This document shows positions 9,083 to 18,711 of a DNA stretch of 64,000 nt, in pieces; positions within the stretch are counted from its first letter, which is position 1; every line of letters starts with the position of its first letter. Under the pieces are notes generated by a model. The model searched no databases. It was given only the letters and a program-made list of their open reading frames with translations, and was not told the origin of the DNA. Source of the stretch: Gemmatimonadales bacterium (lineage in GTDB: Bacteria; Gemmatimonadota; Gemmatimonadetes; Gemmatimonadales; GWC2-71-9); assembly GCA_035287045.1 (NCBI GenBank), contig DATECF010000116.1, forward strand, positions 16,098 to 80,097, read 5' to 3'. The translations under genes and the position numbers were made by a program.

Positions 9083-10368
9083 CGGTCGATCTCCCCCATC
9101 ACGATATCCACGCTCGCGTTGATGGCGATCAAGTCCGCGAGCAAACCACCCTCCGCCATCTTGGGCAGCGCGGCGAGGTTGATGAACGACGGGGGGCGGA
9201 TCCGCCAGCGCACCGGCTTGGCGGTCCCATCAGAGACGAAGTAGTAGCCCAGCTCGCCCTTCCCGTTCTCGATGGGGAAATAGGCCTCGCCCACCGGCGT
9301 CTTCACGCCCTCCATCACTTGCTTGAAGTGGAAGATCATCGCCTCCATGTCGGTCATCGCCGCGCTCTTGGGCGGCAGGATGACGCGCGGATCGTCCACG
9401 TTCAGGGGGCCGTCGGGCAGGCGGTCCAGCGCCTGGCCCAAAATCCGGGTGGACTGCACCATCTCCTCGAACCGCACCAGGTAGCGGTCGTACACGTCGC
9501 CGTGCTCTCCCACCGGGACCTCGAACTCGTAGCTCTCGTAGTCCAGGTAGGGCCGGTCCTTCCGCACGTCGTACGGGACGCCGCTGGCGCGGAGCATCGG
9601 CCCGGAGAGCGAGTAGTTGATCGCTTCTTCGGCCGTCAACGCGCCGACGCCCTGGGTCCGGCCGCACCAGATGGCGTTCCCGGTGAGCACCCGGTCCACT
9701 TCGGCGAGCGTCTTGGGGAAGTTCTTGCAGAACTCGCGCAGCCCGTCCACGAAGCCGTCCGGGACGTCGGCCATCAGCCCCCCCACCCGCGCCATGCTGG
9801 TGGTGAGCCGGGCTCCGGTCCAGGCTTCCTGGAGGTTGTAGATCCGCTCCCGCTCGTAGAACATCCACAGGAACGGGGTGAAGGCGCCGATGTCGATCCC
9901 GGTGGTTCCCAACCACACCAGGTGGGAAATGATCCGGCTCATCTCGCAGGCGATGACCCGCAGCACCTTGCACCGCTCGGTGACCTCGATCCCCATCAGC
10001 TTCTCGACCGCAAGCGCCAGCCCGATGTTGTTGGACATGGGGGACAGGTAGTCCGTCCGGTCGGTCAGCGGGATGATCTGATTGTAGTGCCGGTACTCCC
10101 CGAGCTTCTCGAAGCCCGAGTGCAGGTAGCCTACGTGGGGGATACAGCGCACCACCACCTCGCCGTCCAGCTCCACCACCAGCCGCAACACCCCGTGCGT
10201 GGCCGGGTGCTGCGGCCCGAGGTTGAGCAGGAGGTGGTCCGCGCCCCGCTCGGGGTCCGCCTCGGCCACCGCGGTCCCGGCCACCGCGGTCAGCGGGACG
10301 CGCAGGGGACGACCCGAGGGATCCAGGCCCGGGGTCGCCAGCTCGAACTCCACCGTGCGCTTACTCAC
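9079..10368 (-). CDS. nuoD: NADH-quinone oxidoreductase subunit D
   Basis: LNLGPQHPATHGVLRL, GYLHSGFEK, C-terminal DIVMGEIDR. Confidence 0.97.
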   Translation of the reverse strand: MSKRTVEFELATPGLDPSGRPLRVPLTAVAGTAVAEADPERGADHLLLNLGPQHPATHGVLRLVVELDGEVVVRCIPHVGYLHSGFEKLGEYRHYNQIIPLTDRTDYLSPMSNNIGLALAVEKLMGIEVTERCKVLRVIACEMSRIISHLVWLGTTGIDIGAFTPFLWMFYERERIYNLQEAWTGARLTTSMARVGGLMADVPDGFVDGLREFCKNFPKTLAEVDRVLTGNAIWCGRTQGVGALTAEEAINYSLSGPMLRASGVPYDVRKDRPYLDYESYEFEVPVGEHGDVYDRYLVRFEEMVQSTRILGQALDRLPDGPLNVDDPRVILPPKSAAMTDMEAMIFHFKQVMEGVKTPVGEAYFPIENGKGELGYYFVSDGTAKPVRWRIRPPSFINLAALPKMAEGGLLADLIAINASVDIVMGEIDR

Positions 10369-10981
10369 GCCGGCGCTCCGGGACCGCCCCCCGTTCGCCC
10401 TTGGCCAGCCGCTCCCGCATGTCCTCCGGCAGCTCGTGGTAGGCGTCCGCGATGGACAGCTCCTCCAGGGAGTAGTGCGCCTCCGGGCTGGCTCCCAGGG
10501 CCTGGCGCACCTGCTCCGCGCGCGAAAAGCGGCCGCGCAGGGGAAAGTCCTTCCGGAGCGGGTGCCCCTCGGCGTAGGTCTCCCACATCAGAATGCGCCG
10601 CAGATCCGGATGGCCCCGGAAGGTGATGCCGAACATGTCGTAGACTTCCCGCTCGAGCCAGTTGGCGCCGGCCCAGATCGGTACGACGGACTCGACTTCC
10701 AGGCGGTCCTTGGCCAGCTCCGCCTTGACCCGCAGGGGTGCGCGCCGGTCAAGCGAGAACATCTCGTAGACGACCTCGATGGGCCGCTCGGGATCGCGGT
10801 ACTCGACCGCGGTGACATCCACCAGATAGTTGTACCGCTGCCCCGGCGTCTCCTTGAGCCATCGCAGCACCTCGGCGACGCGCCCGGCGTCCACGTACAC
10901 GATGGTGTCACCGCAGGAGACCAGGGCCCGGCCAATCGTCGACCCGAACTGCCGGCGGAGGGCGTCAACCGAAGGGTTCAC
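10361..10981 (-). CDS. nuoC: NADH-quinone oxidoreductase subunit C
   Basis: ANWLEREVYDMFGITFRGHPDLRRIL, GHPLRKDFPL. Confidence 0.96.
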   Translation of the reverse strand: MNPSVDALRRQFGSTIGRALVSCGDTIVYVDAGRVAEVLRWLKETPGQRYNYLVDVTAVEYRDPERPIEVVYEMFSLDRRAPLRVKAELAKDRLEVESVVPIWAGANWLEREVYDMFGITFRGHPDLRRILMWETYAEGHPLRKDFPLRGRFSRAEQVRQALGASPEAHYSLEELSIADAYHELPEDMRERLAKGERGAVPERRRE

Positions 10982-10987
10982 GTCCGC

Positions 10988-11608
10988 TTAGGCTGACCGC
11001 GTTTGGTGAATGGAGTTGCCGAACGGCTCGGACATCTCGTCCACCACGTCCGGCGGCAGCCGCAGGCCGGTGTCGTCCAGCGGCCGTTCCTGGCGCAGGG
11101 ACCCATCCACCACGGTCTCCCCACGGATCTTCTTGTGGAGCAGGAGAATGCCGTACAACAGCCCCTCGGGGCGGGGTGGGCAGCCGGGCACGTACACGTC
11201 CACCGGCACCACCGTATCGATGCCCTGCACCATGGCGTAGTTGTCGAAGATCCCGCCGGTCGACGCGCAGGCGCCCATGGAGATGACCCATTTGGGCTGG
11301 GTCATCTGATCGTAGATCCGCCGGATGACGGGCGCCAACTTGAACGGCAGGCGACCCGCGCAGATCAGCACGTCGGACTGGCGCGGGGAGAAGGCCATGC
11401 GTTCCATGCCGAAGCGGGCCAGGTCGTACCGGCCCGCGGCGGTCGCCATGAACTCGATGGCGCAGCACGCCGTGCCGAACGGCATGGGCCAGAGGCTGCT
11501 GGTGCGCGCCCAGTTGACCAGGAAATCGAGCTTGGTCGTCAGCCAGTTGGGCGACAGGCTCGAAAGCACCTGGGTCTCCGGCCCCGAGGCATGCTGGCTC
11601 AATCCCAT
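10988..11608 (-). CDS. nuoB: NADH-quinone oxidoreductase subunit B
   Basis: [34 protein letters not shown]; start moved to ATG 11608. Confidence 0.97.
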   Translation of the reverse strand: MGLSQHASGPETQVLSSLSPNWLTTKLDFLVNWARTSSLWPMPFGTACCAIEFMATAAGRYDLARFGMERMAFSPRQSDVLICAGRLPFKLAPVIRRIYDQMTQPKWVISMGACASTGGIFDNYAMVQGIDTVVPVDVYVPGCPPRPEGLLYGILLLHKKIRGETVVDGSLRQERPLDDTGLRLPPDVVDEMSEPFGNSIHQTRSA

Positions 11609-11955
11609 TCCAGGGCTCCTCGCTTCCAGGCGTACGCGTACCCGACGAGCAGGATGACGATGAACACCAGCATCTCCACCAGCCCGAAGAGACCCAGCCG
11701 GCGAAACGAGACGCCCCACGGAATCATGAACACGGTTTCAATGTCGAACACGATAAACAACATGGCGACGAGGTAGAACTTCACGCTGAAGCGCTCGCGA
11801 ACGGTGCCGATGGGCGGCATCCCGGACTCGTAGGGCGTTTGCTTGACCGGCGTCGAGCGGGGACGGAGGATCAGGTGGGAGACCGCGATCATCCCGACCC
11901 CCGTGACCATCACCAAGCCGGCCAACAGAATCAGCGACAGGTATTCCTGCGTCAT
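11599..11955 (-). CDS. nuoA: NADH-quinone oxidoreductase subunit A
   Basis: [32 protein letters not shown]. Confidence 0.97.
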   Translation of the reverse strand: MTQEYLSLILLAGLVMVTGVGMIAVSHLILRPRSTPVKQTPYESGMPPIGTVRERFSVKFYLVAMLFIVFDIETVFMIPWGVSFRRLGLFGLVEMLVFIVILLVGYAYAWKRGALEWD

Positions 11956-11970
11956 GCCCTGGCCGTACTC

Positions 11971-11984
11971 GTGAAAAATTTCAC
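11971..11984. promoter_or_regulatory. Candidate Rex operator
   Basis: GTGAA-AAAT-TTCAC matches the core of the Rex consensus TTGTGAA-N4-TTCACAA; lies 15 bp before the nuoA ATG. Confidence 0.65.
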
Positions 11985-12000
11985 TTGCCTCGGACGCGGC

Positions 12001-12030
12001 AAATTACCCTAGGGCGCGAAGCAGTGTCAA
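12001..12030 (-). promoter_or_regulatory. sigma70-type promoter for nuo operon
   Basis: Minus strand TTGACA (12030-12025), 18 bp spacer, TAATTT (12006-12001). Confidence 0.6.
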
Positions 12031-12118
12031 GCAAAGTGTAAGTGGCGTAATGCGTAACGCAGACTACCTTTAGTGCTCGCCGTTCACTCAGGGAATGCCA
12101 GCCCGAGCCCGGAGCGCC

Positions 12119-12679
12119 ATGTCCATCAAGTCCGACCGCTGGATCCGCCGCATGGCGGCGCAGCACCGCATGATCGACCCCTTCGAGACCTCCCAGGTCC
12201 GCTCCGGTGTGATCAGCTTCGGCGTGTCATCGTATGGCTATGACATGCGCGTGGCCGGCGAGTTCCGGATCTTCACCAACGTGCACTCCACCCTGGTGGA
12301 TCCCAAGAAGTTCGACGAGCGGTCCTTCGTCGAGTACACGGGCGACAGCTGCCTCATCCCCCCCAACTCCTTCGCGCTGGCGCGCTCGGTGGAATACTTC
12401 CGCATCCCCCGGAACGTGCTGACGATTTGTGTGGGCAAGAGCACCTACGCCCGCTGCGGCATCATTACCAACGTGACGCCGTTCGAGCCGGAGTGGGAGG
12501 GATTCGTGACGCTGGAAATCTCGAATACGACTCCCCTGCCCGCGCGTATCTACGCCAACGAAGGCATCGCCCAGGTGCTGTTCTTCGAGGCGGATGCGGA
12601 GGACGAGTGTGAGGTCTCCTACAAGGACAAGAAGGGGAAATACCAGGCGCAGCAGGGCGTGACGCTGCCGAAGATCTGA
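12119..12679 (+). CDS. dcd: dCTP deaminase
   Basis: [33 protein letters not shown] motifs. Confidence 0.96.
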   Translation: MSIKSDRWIRRMAAQHRMIDPFETSQVRSGVISFGVSSYGYDMRVAGEFRIFTNVHSTLVDPKKFDERSFVEYTGDSCLIPPNSFALARSVEYFRIPRNVLTICVGKSTYARCGIITNVTPFEPEWEGFVTLEISNTTPLPARIYANEGIAQVLFFEADAEDECEVSYKDKKGKYQAQQGVTLPKI

Positions 12680-12686
12680 CCCGTTC

Positions 12687-13631
12687 ATGGCGCTGATCCG
12701 CTGCCCCAAGCACGGTGTCCCGTTCAACGACGACAATCCCCGGGGCTGCCCCGCCTGTGCCCTGGAGAAGGAAGGCGGCGAGCAGGCGCAGGTGATGCGG
12801 GAACTGGCCCGCGCGTCGCAGGTGACTCGCCGGCCGGGCGCGCCACCGAGCACGCCGCCGGAGCAGGCGCCGCGCCGAACCGAACGCGTCGCTCCGCCGG
12901 TGACGGCGCCGCCGCGGCCGCCGGTGCTCGAGCCCGGGCCCGTGGACAAGTTCCGGGACGTGATCCGTCGGCGCCCCGTGCCCATCATCGGCGCGCCGCT
13001 CATCGTGGTTCTGCTCGTCGCCCTGATGTCCCGGTCCGGGCCGTCCTTCGTCCAGCAGCCGAGCCCCGTCCCGCTGACCGGCGAGGTCCTGCCGCTGCCC
13101 ATCGAGCCGGGTGCCTCCCTCAGCACCGTCTTTGGCGTTCTGGGCGTCCAGCCGCCCCGGCCGAGCCCCGAAGGGCGCCCGCTCGAGCGCTACTCGTACG
13201 GGACCGATCTCAACATCGACGCGTTGAACGGCGTGCCGTACATCATTTCCATCCTGGTCCCGAATCGGAGCTGGCGCGGCCTGCGGGTCGGGATCCCTCA
13301 ACAGGAGGCCGAGGGTGCGCTGGCGCTGCTGGGCCCCCCGCTGGCCGCCGCCCCCCCCTTCATGCCGCGTGCGGACACGCTCAAGGGACTGGTGGTCTAT
13401 CCGTCGCTCGAGGGCCGGCCCAACCGGCCCCTCAAGGCCGAGGTGCGGCCCCCCAACGGCTGTTATGACGTGGTCGTGGACATCCAGCCACGGGCGACCG
13501 GCGTGCTGGTGGATCGCGATCGGCGGTACGCCGTGATCGGTCCACCGGAAGCGCAGCCGGAGTGGGTGGCCACGCGGATCCGGGTGATCAACCGGGCCGT
13601 GGCGGGCCCGGCGGGGAGGGCGGCGTGTTGA
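12687..13631 (+). CDS. Hypothetical protein with N-terminal zinc-binding motif and one TM helix
   Basis: CPKH-x11-CPAC, Pro-rich linker, hydrophobic IIGAPLIVVLLVALM; starts 7 bp after dcd. Confidence 0.7.
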   Translation: MALIRCPKHGVPFNDDNPRGCPACALEKEGGEQAQVMRELARASQVTRRPGAPPSTPPEQAPRRTERVAPPVTAPPRPPVLEPGPVDKFRDVIRRRPVPIIGAPLIVVLLVALMSRSGPSFVQQPSPVPLTGEVLPLPIEPGASLSTVFGVLGVQPPRPSPEGRPLERYSYGTDLNIDALNGVPYIISILVPNRSWRGLRVGIPQQEAEGALALLGPPLAAAPPFMPRADTLKGLVVYPSLEGRPNRPLKAEVRPPNGCYDVVVDIQPRATGVLVDRDRRYAVIGPPEAQPEWVATRIRVINRAVAGPAGRAAC

Positions 13632-13700
13632 CGCGTTGTCCGTGAGGTGGCGCGCAGTTCCAACCGCAAGGATGGGAACGATTACGAGCTGAGGAGGACC

Positions 13701-16079
13701 TCAGTAGCGTTCCGGGCCGCCCGCGCCGCGCGCGCTCTCAGGCCGCTTGATCTCGTATTCCCGAGGGGGTTCCTTGCCCGCCAGGTGTCGCACGAAGTAA
13801 TCCCACCGGCGGCGGATGAAGTACGGTTCGTTCAACCCGTGCGCGCGATCCGGCGCCAGGATCAAGTCGAAATCCTTGTTCGCCTTGATCAGCTCGTTGA
13901 TCAGCTGGACAGTGTTGGCCGGGTGGACGTTATCGTCCATGTCGCCGTGCATCAGCAACAGATGGCCGGTGAGGTTCTTGGCGTACGTCTTGTTGGCCGA
14001 GGCCTCGAAGTTGTCCGTCTTGCGCACGCTGTCCCGCCGCATGAGCCCCTGATACTTCTCCGCCCAGTAAATGTTGTAGCTGCGGTTGTCGTGGTTCCCT
14101 GCCCCGGACACCGCCACCTTGAAGAACTCGGGGAACGTCAGCATGGCGTCCGTTGAGGCAAAGCCGCCGCCCGAGTGTCCGTAGATGCCCACGCGATCGA
14201 GGTCCATCCACGGATGCCGCGCCCCCAGCTGTTTGATGGCCGCCACGTGATCCGGCAGGCCGTTGTCGTGGAAGTTGCCGTAGTAGTTGTCGTGGAACGC
14301 CTTGGACCGAAGGGGCGTCCCCAGATGGTCGATCTCCACCACAATGAACCCCAGCTCGGCGATGGCCCGTTCCTCGCCCCCGGTGGAAAACCGCCACTGG
14401 CCCACGCTCCCCACCTGGGGGCCGGGGTAGATGTGATCGATGACCGGGTACTCCCTGGTGGAATCGAAATCCGACGGCTTGAACATCACGCCGTAGATAT
14501 CGCTGATGCCGTCCCGCGCCTTGACCTGGAAGACCTGTGGCGGCGTCCATCCCACCGCCTCCAGCCGCGAGACGTCGGCTTCTTCGAGCTTCCGGATCAC
14601 GCGACCGTCCGGCGCGGCTCGGAGCACCGTGACCGGCGGCGACTCGATCCGCGACTGGACGTCAACGAAGTACCGGCCGCTGGGAGAAAACTCGATGCGG
14701 TGGTCGGCGTCTTCGGGGGTGAGCAGCGTGAGCCCCGTGCCATCGAAGTTGACGCGGTACAGATGGGCGTAGTAGAGGAACCGGCCCGCCTCGCGCGCCC
14801 GCGCGGTGAAGTAGATCCGCTTCGCGGTCTCGTCCACGTGCCGCACGGCGCCCACCGGCCACGCACCCTGCGTGATCTGATGGCGCACCGTCCCGCCCCG
14901 CGCCATCCGGTAGAGATGGGCCCACCCGTCACGCTCGGACCACCAGATGACCTCGCCATCTTCGGTCACGTACCAGCTCGGTGGATCCTGCGGGCTGGTC
15001 TCCACCCAGGTCTTGGCGGAGTCCGCGGCCAGGACGCTGCCTGCTCCCGTCGCGGCATCGGCTTCCATGAGGTAGAGCGCCTTGGAGGCCCGCGTGAGGA
15101 ACGTGAAGTGGACGCGGCTCGAGGTCCGGCTCCAGGTGGAATCCGCCTGGCCGCCGAAACCGCCCCCACCGAGCGAGATCTGGTTGGGCCGGACGGGAAG
15201 CTTGACCTCGGCATTGGTCACCTGGCCCGCGATGTTGCGGCGCCCGCCGTTCCCGCCGTCGGCCGTGAGCCTCGCGGGCAGGCTCAGGATGCGGATGGAG
15301 GGATGTGGAACGATCGTATCACCGGGCAGCGCGTAGGGCTGTGAGAAATGGCGCGGCCGCTGCGGGGTGTACGAGATGTACGGCATGCGGCCAACGCCGC
15401 GCGTGTCCTGCCGCGTCACCGCGAGTTTCTTGGCGTCCGGAGACCACCTGATGCTGGGCCGCTGGATGGTGTCGTTGCGCATCACCTGATAGGGACGCGG
15501 CGGCCCGCTCCCATACCACCATTCCTCGGTGCCGTCGGTCGTGAGCTGCATCGAATCGCTGCCACCCCGCGGGCGGATCCACACATTGTACTGATGCACG
15601 AACGCCTCCCAGGCCGAATCGGGAGACACCACGAACGCCCGATCATCCGGCAACGTGTCCCGCACGGTGCAACCGTACGATCCCAGCTGGCAGTGAAACA
15701 GCTGCTTGCTGGCCTGGAACTCGATGGCGCGCTCGCCGTCCACGAACTTGAACGTGGAGAACGGCAGCTTGACCGGGTCGTAGCTGGTATCCCTGGCGAG
15801 GGACATGGCGGCGGCGAGCCGCGCGTTGTCAAATACCAGGCGCCGGACGTTGGCCACGGGGTCTACCAGCACGTATTCGGCCCCTTCCGCGAGCTTGTTC
15901 CGGTACCAGAAGCGGTTGCCGTCCGGCAGCCACTGTGGGTCCACGGAATCGCCGCTGATCATGCGGGAGGCGTTCCAGTCCAGCATTTGCTCGGCGCGGC
16001 GGTAGTCTACCACCTGGGCGGCGAGCGATGGCACCAGGGACGCGCCGAGGAGCACGCCCACGAAGGAAACTGACTTCAC
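13701..16079 (-). CDS. S9 family peptidase with DPP IV N-terminal domain, secreted
   Basis: Signal peptide, YPGPQ, GHSGGG nucleophile motif, HGDMDDNV, AHG; GTG 16079 follows AGGAGG (alternative ATG 16109). Confidence 0.9.
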   Translation of the reverse strand: MKSVSFVGVLLGASLVPSLAAQVVDYRRAEQMLDWNASRMISGDSVDPQWLPDGNRFWYRNKLAEGAEYVLVDPVANVRRLVFDNARLAAAMSLARDTSYDPVKLPFSTFKFVDGERAIEFQASKQLFHCQLGSYGCTVRDTLPDDRAFVVSPDSAWEAFVHQYNVWIRPRGGSDSMQLTTDGTEEWWYGSGPPRPYQVMRNDTIQRPSIRWSPDAKKLAVTRQDTRGVGRMPYISYTPQRPRHFSQPYALPGDTIVPHPSIRILSLPARLTADGGNGGRRNIAGQVTNAEVKLPVRPNQISLGGGGFGGQADSTWSRTSSRVHFTFLTRASKALYLMEADAATGAGSVLAADSAKTWVETSPQDPPSWYVTEDGEVIWWSERDGWAHLYRMARGGTVRHQITQGAWPVGAVRHVDETAKRIYFTARAREAGRFLYYAHLYRVNFDGTGLTLLTPEDADHRIEFSPSGRYFVDVQSRIESPPVTVLRAAPDGRVIRKLEEADVSRLEAVGWTPPQVFQVKARDGISDIYGVMFKPSDFDSTREYPVIDHIYPGPQVGSVGQWRFSTGGEERAIAELGFIVVEIDHLGTPLRSKAFHDNYYGNFHDNGLPDHVAAIKQLGARHPWMDLDRVGIYGHSGGGFASTDAMLTFPEFFKVAVSGAGNHDNRSYNIYWAEKYQGLMRRDSVRKTDNFEASANKTYAKNLTGHLLLMHGDMDDNVHPANTVQLINELIKANKDFDLILAPDRAHGLNEPYFIRRRWDYFVRHLAGKEPPREYEIKRPESARGAGGPERY

Positions 16080-16145
16080 CGGGTCCCTCCTGCTCGAGAA
16101 AACGCTCATGGCCTGATTCGCTGACGCTCGGCGCCGGGTGTCACG

Positions 16146-17861
16146 TTAGAAACGATGGTAGCCCGGCCCCCGCACCACCCGCCCCGGCTTGGCGCCGGTA
16201 TGCCGCCCACCCCGCACCACGCTCACCCCGTTCACGAACACGTCCCGCACGCCGGCCGACAACTGGTGCGGGCGCTCGAACGTGGCCCGGTCGGCGACGG
16301 CGGCCGGATCGAACACCACCACGTCCGCGAAGAACCCCTCCCGCAGCAGGCCGCGATCCTGAATCGATAGCCGCGTGGCCACCGCCGAGGTCGCTTTGCG
16401 CACCGCGTCCTCGAGGGATAAGACGCCCTCGTCACGCACGTACTTGCCGAGGATGCGGGGATAGGTACCGTAGGCCCGAGGATGCGTGAGTCCACGCGCG
16501 CTGTCGGGATCCGCTCCGCCGGCATCGGTGCCGAACTTGATCCACGGCTGCCGTAGCTGAAGGCTGACGTTGTCTTCGCTCATCATGAAGTAGATGGTGC
16601 CGATCCGCTGCTCCTCCGACAGCAGCAGATCCATCACCGTCTCGAGCCAGTCCTTCCCCAGCGCCGCGGCGATGTCGGACAAGCGCTTGCCGACATGCGC
16701 CCGGTGCTCCGGCTTCAGGAGGCCCAGCACCAGCACACCGTCCGGCGTGGCGAGCTGGCACAGGTTCTCCCAATCGGTGGCCTGCTGCAGCACCTCGGCC
16801 CGAATCCTCGAGCGCATGGCGGGGTCGCGCAGGTTGTCCAGCAGCTTGTCGTCCGCGGCGGCCCAGGGCGGCAAGCACGAGCTCAAGCCGGTCCCGCCGG
16901 CCACATAGGGATACATGTTCGCCTGAACGTCCACCCCGGCGGCGCGCGCGGAGTCGATCTTCGAGATGGCCTGCGCCGCCTTGGGCCAGTTGCGCAGCCC
17001 GCCGGCCTTTAGATGATAGATCTCGACGGGTACGCTCCCTTCCCGGCCAATGCGGATGGCTTCGTCAATGGCTTCGAGCAGTTGATCAGCCTCGGATCGC
17101 ATGTGGGTGATGTAGACACCGCCGTAGGGGGCCATGGCGCGTGCGATATCGATCAGCTCGGCCGTGCCGGCGAAGTTGCCGGGCGGGTAAATCAGGGCCG
17201 AGGCCACGCCGAAGGCGCCGTCCCCCATGGCCCGACGCACCACGGCGCGCATCGTGTCCAGCTCGGCGGGCGTGGGCTCGCCCAACGCCATGCCTTTCAC
17301 GTACTCTCGCACCGTGGACGCGCCCAGGAACGAGCCGACGTTGGGCGAAATGCCGTGACGCTCCATCGCCTCCAGCCACCGGGCGAATCCGTTGGGCGTC
17401 ATGAACTCCCGCACCACTTGCTGGCGGGACCCGGGCAGCCGGGCGAGGTCCCCCACCGTACGCTCGTTGGCGGGCGCGGGCGTACCCCCCTCGCCGAGGA
17501 TCTCCGTGGTGATGCCCTGCGTCACCTTGCTCACGTCCCGACCGTCGCCAAACAGGAACGACCCGCCCGACTGTCCCTGGATGTCAATGAACCCGGGCGC
17601 CACGACCATTCCGCGAGCGTCCAGCCGCTCCCGGGCCGGCGCCTCGCGAAGCAACCCGGCGGGAGTGACGCGCGCGATGCGGTCGCCGCGGATCGCGAGG
17701 TCGCCGTAGAACCACGCCGCGCCGGTGCCGTCCACGATGCGGCCGCCGGCGATCACCACATCGTAGGGCGGCGGGAGCGGGGCTGGCCCTCCACGCGGCT
17801 GGGTCGCGGGCGCACAGCTAACCAGAAGCAAGGCCAACGAGACTGCCGGAGAGCGCTGCAT
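16146..17861 (-). CDS. N-acyl-D-amino-acid deacylase family amidohydrolase, probable lipoprotein
   Basis: GGRIVDGTG, APGFID, THMRSE, HPRAYGTYPRILGKYVR; LVSC lipobox after MQRSPAVSLALL. Confidence 0.88.
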   Translation of the reverse strand: MQRSPAVSLALLLVSCAPATQPRGGPAPLPPPYDVVIAGGRIVDGTGAAWFYGDLAIRGDRIARVTPAGLLREAPARERLDARGMVVAPGFIDIQGQSGGSFLFGDGRDVSKVTQGITTEILGEGGTPAPANERTVGDLARLPGSRQQVVREFMTPNGFARWLEAMERHGISPNVGSFLGASTVREYVKGMALGEPTPAELDTMRAVVRRAMGDGAFGVASALIYPPGNFAGTAELIDIARAMAPYGGVYITHMRSEADQLLEAIDEAIRIGREGSVPVEIYHLKAGGLRNWPKAAQAISKIDSARAAGVDVQANMYPYVAGGTGLSSCLPPWAAADDKLLDNLRDPAMRSRIRAEVLQQATDWENLCQLATPDGVLVLGLLKPEHRAHVGKRLSDIAAALGKDWLETVMDLLLSEEQRIGTIYFMMSEDNVSLQLRQPWIKFGTDAGGADPDSARGLTHPRAYGTYPRILGKYVRDEGVLSLEDAVRKATSAVATRLSIQDRGLLREGFFADVVVFDPAAVADRATFERPHQLSAGVRDVFVNGVSVVRGGRHTGAKPGRVVRGPGYHRF

Positions 17862-17967
17862 CACTTCTCCAGGTATCTTGATGGCCAAGAGCTTGCGCGT
17901 GTAGCGATGCTTCGTCAACTGACCAGTATCCCTTGAACGGATCACGGCGGAGGAGTCGGTTCAGCCC

Positions 17968-18711
17968 GTGAACGGTGCCCGGACCTCGGTGGTCCGCATT
18001 CGCCCCCTCACGACGCCCGCCGATTACGCGGCCTGCGTCGAGCTGCAGGAGCTGATCTGGGGAGCGGGCGATGACACCATACCGCCGATCATGCTGCAGG
18101 TGAGCCAGCACGTGGGAGCCATCGCCGCAGGGGCGTTCGACGCCGCCGGCCGGATGATCGGCTGCGTTTTTGGCCTCACGGGCGTACGGAACGGCCGGCT
18201 CGCCCACTGGTCGCACATGCTGGCGGTGCGCCCGGAGGCGCGCGATCGGGGCATCGGCCGGCGGCTCAAGCGCCACCAGCGCTCGCGACTGCTCGCGATG
18301 GGGATCCCGACCATGTACTGGACGTTCGATCCCCTGGTGGCGCGGAACGCGCACTTCAATCTCAACCGCCTGGGCGCCACGGTGGAGGAGTACGTGCCCG
18401 ACATGTATGGGCCCGCCGACGCGAGCCCCGTGGACCGCGGCATCGGCACCGACCGGCTCGTCGTGCGATGGGACCTGGGAAGGCGGACGCGCAGGCGCGC
18501 CGAACGGCCGCGCCATGAGGCGGCATCAGCGCAGATCGAGATCCCGCGGGACATCCACGCGATCCGCGACCTGAACGTGCACGAGGCATTTGCGTGGCGG
18601 GTCAGGACTCGACAAGAGTTCCTGGGTCTTCTGAGGCGGGGCTACCGCGTCCGACGCTTTCACCGCGGGTCACCCGGCGAGCAGAGCTTCTATCGACTGG
18701 TGATGCCATGA
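17968..18711 (+). CDS. GNAT family N-acyltransferase (NSAR-associated type)
   Basis: HWSHMLAVRPE, WTFDPLVARNAHFNLNRLGA, YVPDMYG, TDRL. Confidence 0.85.
   Translation: MNGARTSVVRIRPLTTPADYAACVELQELIWGAGDDTIPPIMLQVSQHVGAIAAGAFDAAGRMIGCVFGLTGVRNGRLAHWSHMLAVRPEARDRGIGRRLKRHQRSRLLAMGIPTMYWTFDPLVARNAHFNLNRLGATVEEYVPDMYGPADASPVDRGIGTDRLVVRWDLGRRTRRRAERPRHEAASAQIEIPRDIHAIRDLNVHEAFAWRVRTRQEFLGLLRRGYRVRRFHRGSPGEQSFYRLVMP

Noticed and set aside
659-10626. Long plus-strand ORFs opposite the nuo operon (659-2887, 5749-8628, 9319-10626)
   Set aside because: Antisense shadows typical of high-GC coding DNA; no recognisable motifs
13655-13681. GCAA-loop hairpin between convergent genes as a terminator
   Set aside because: Stem is short and interrupted and has no U-tract
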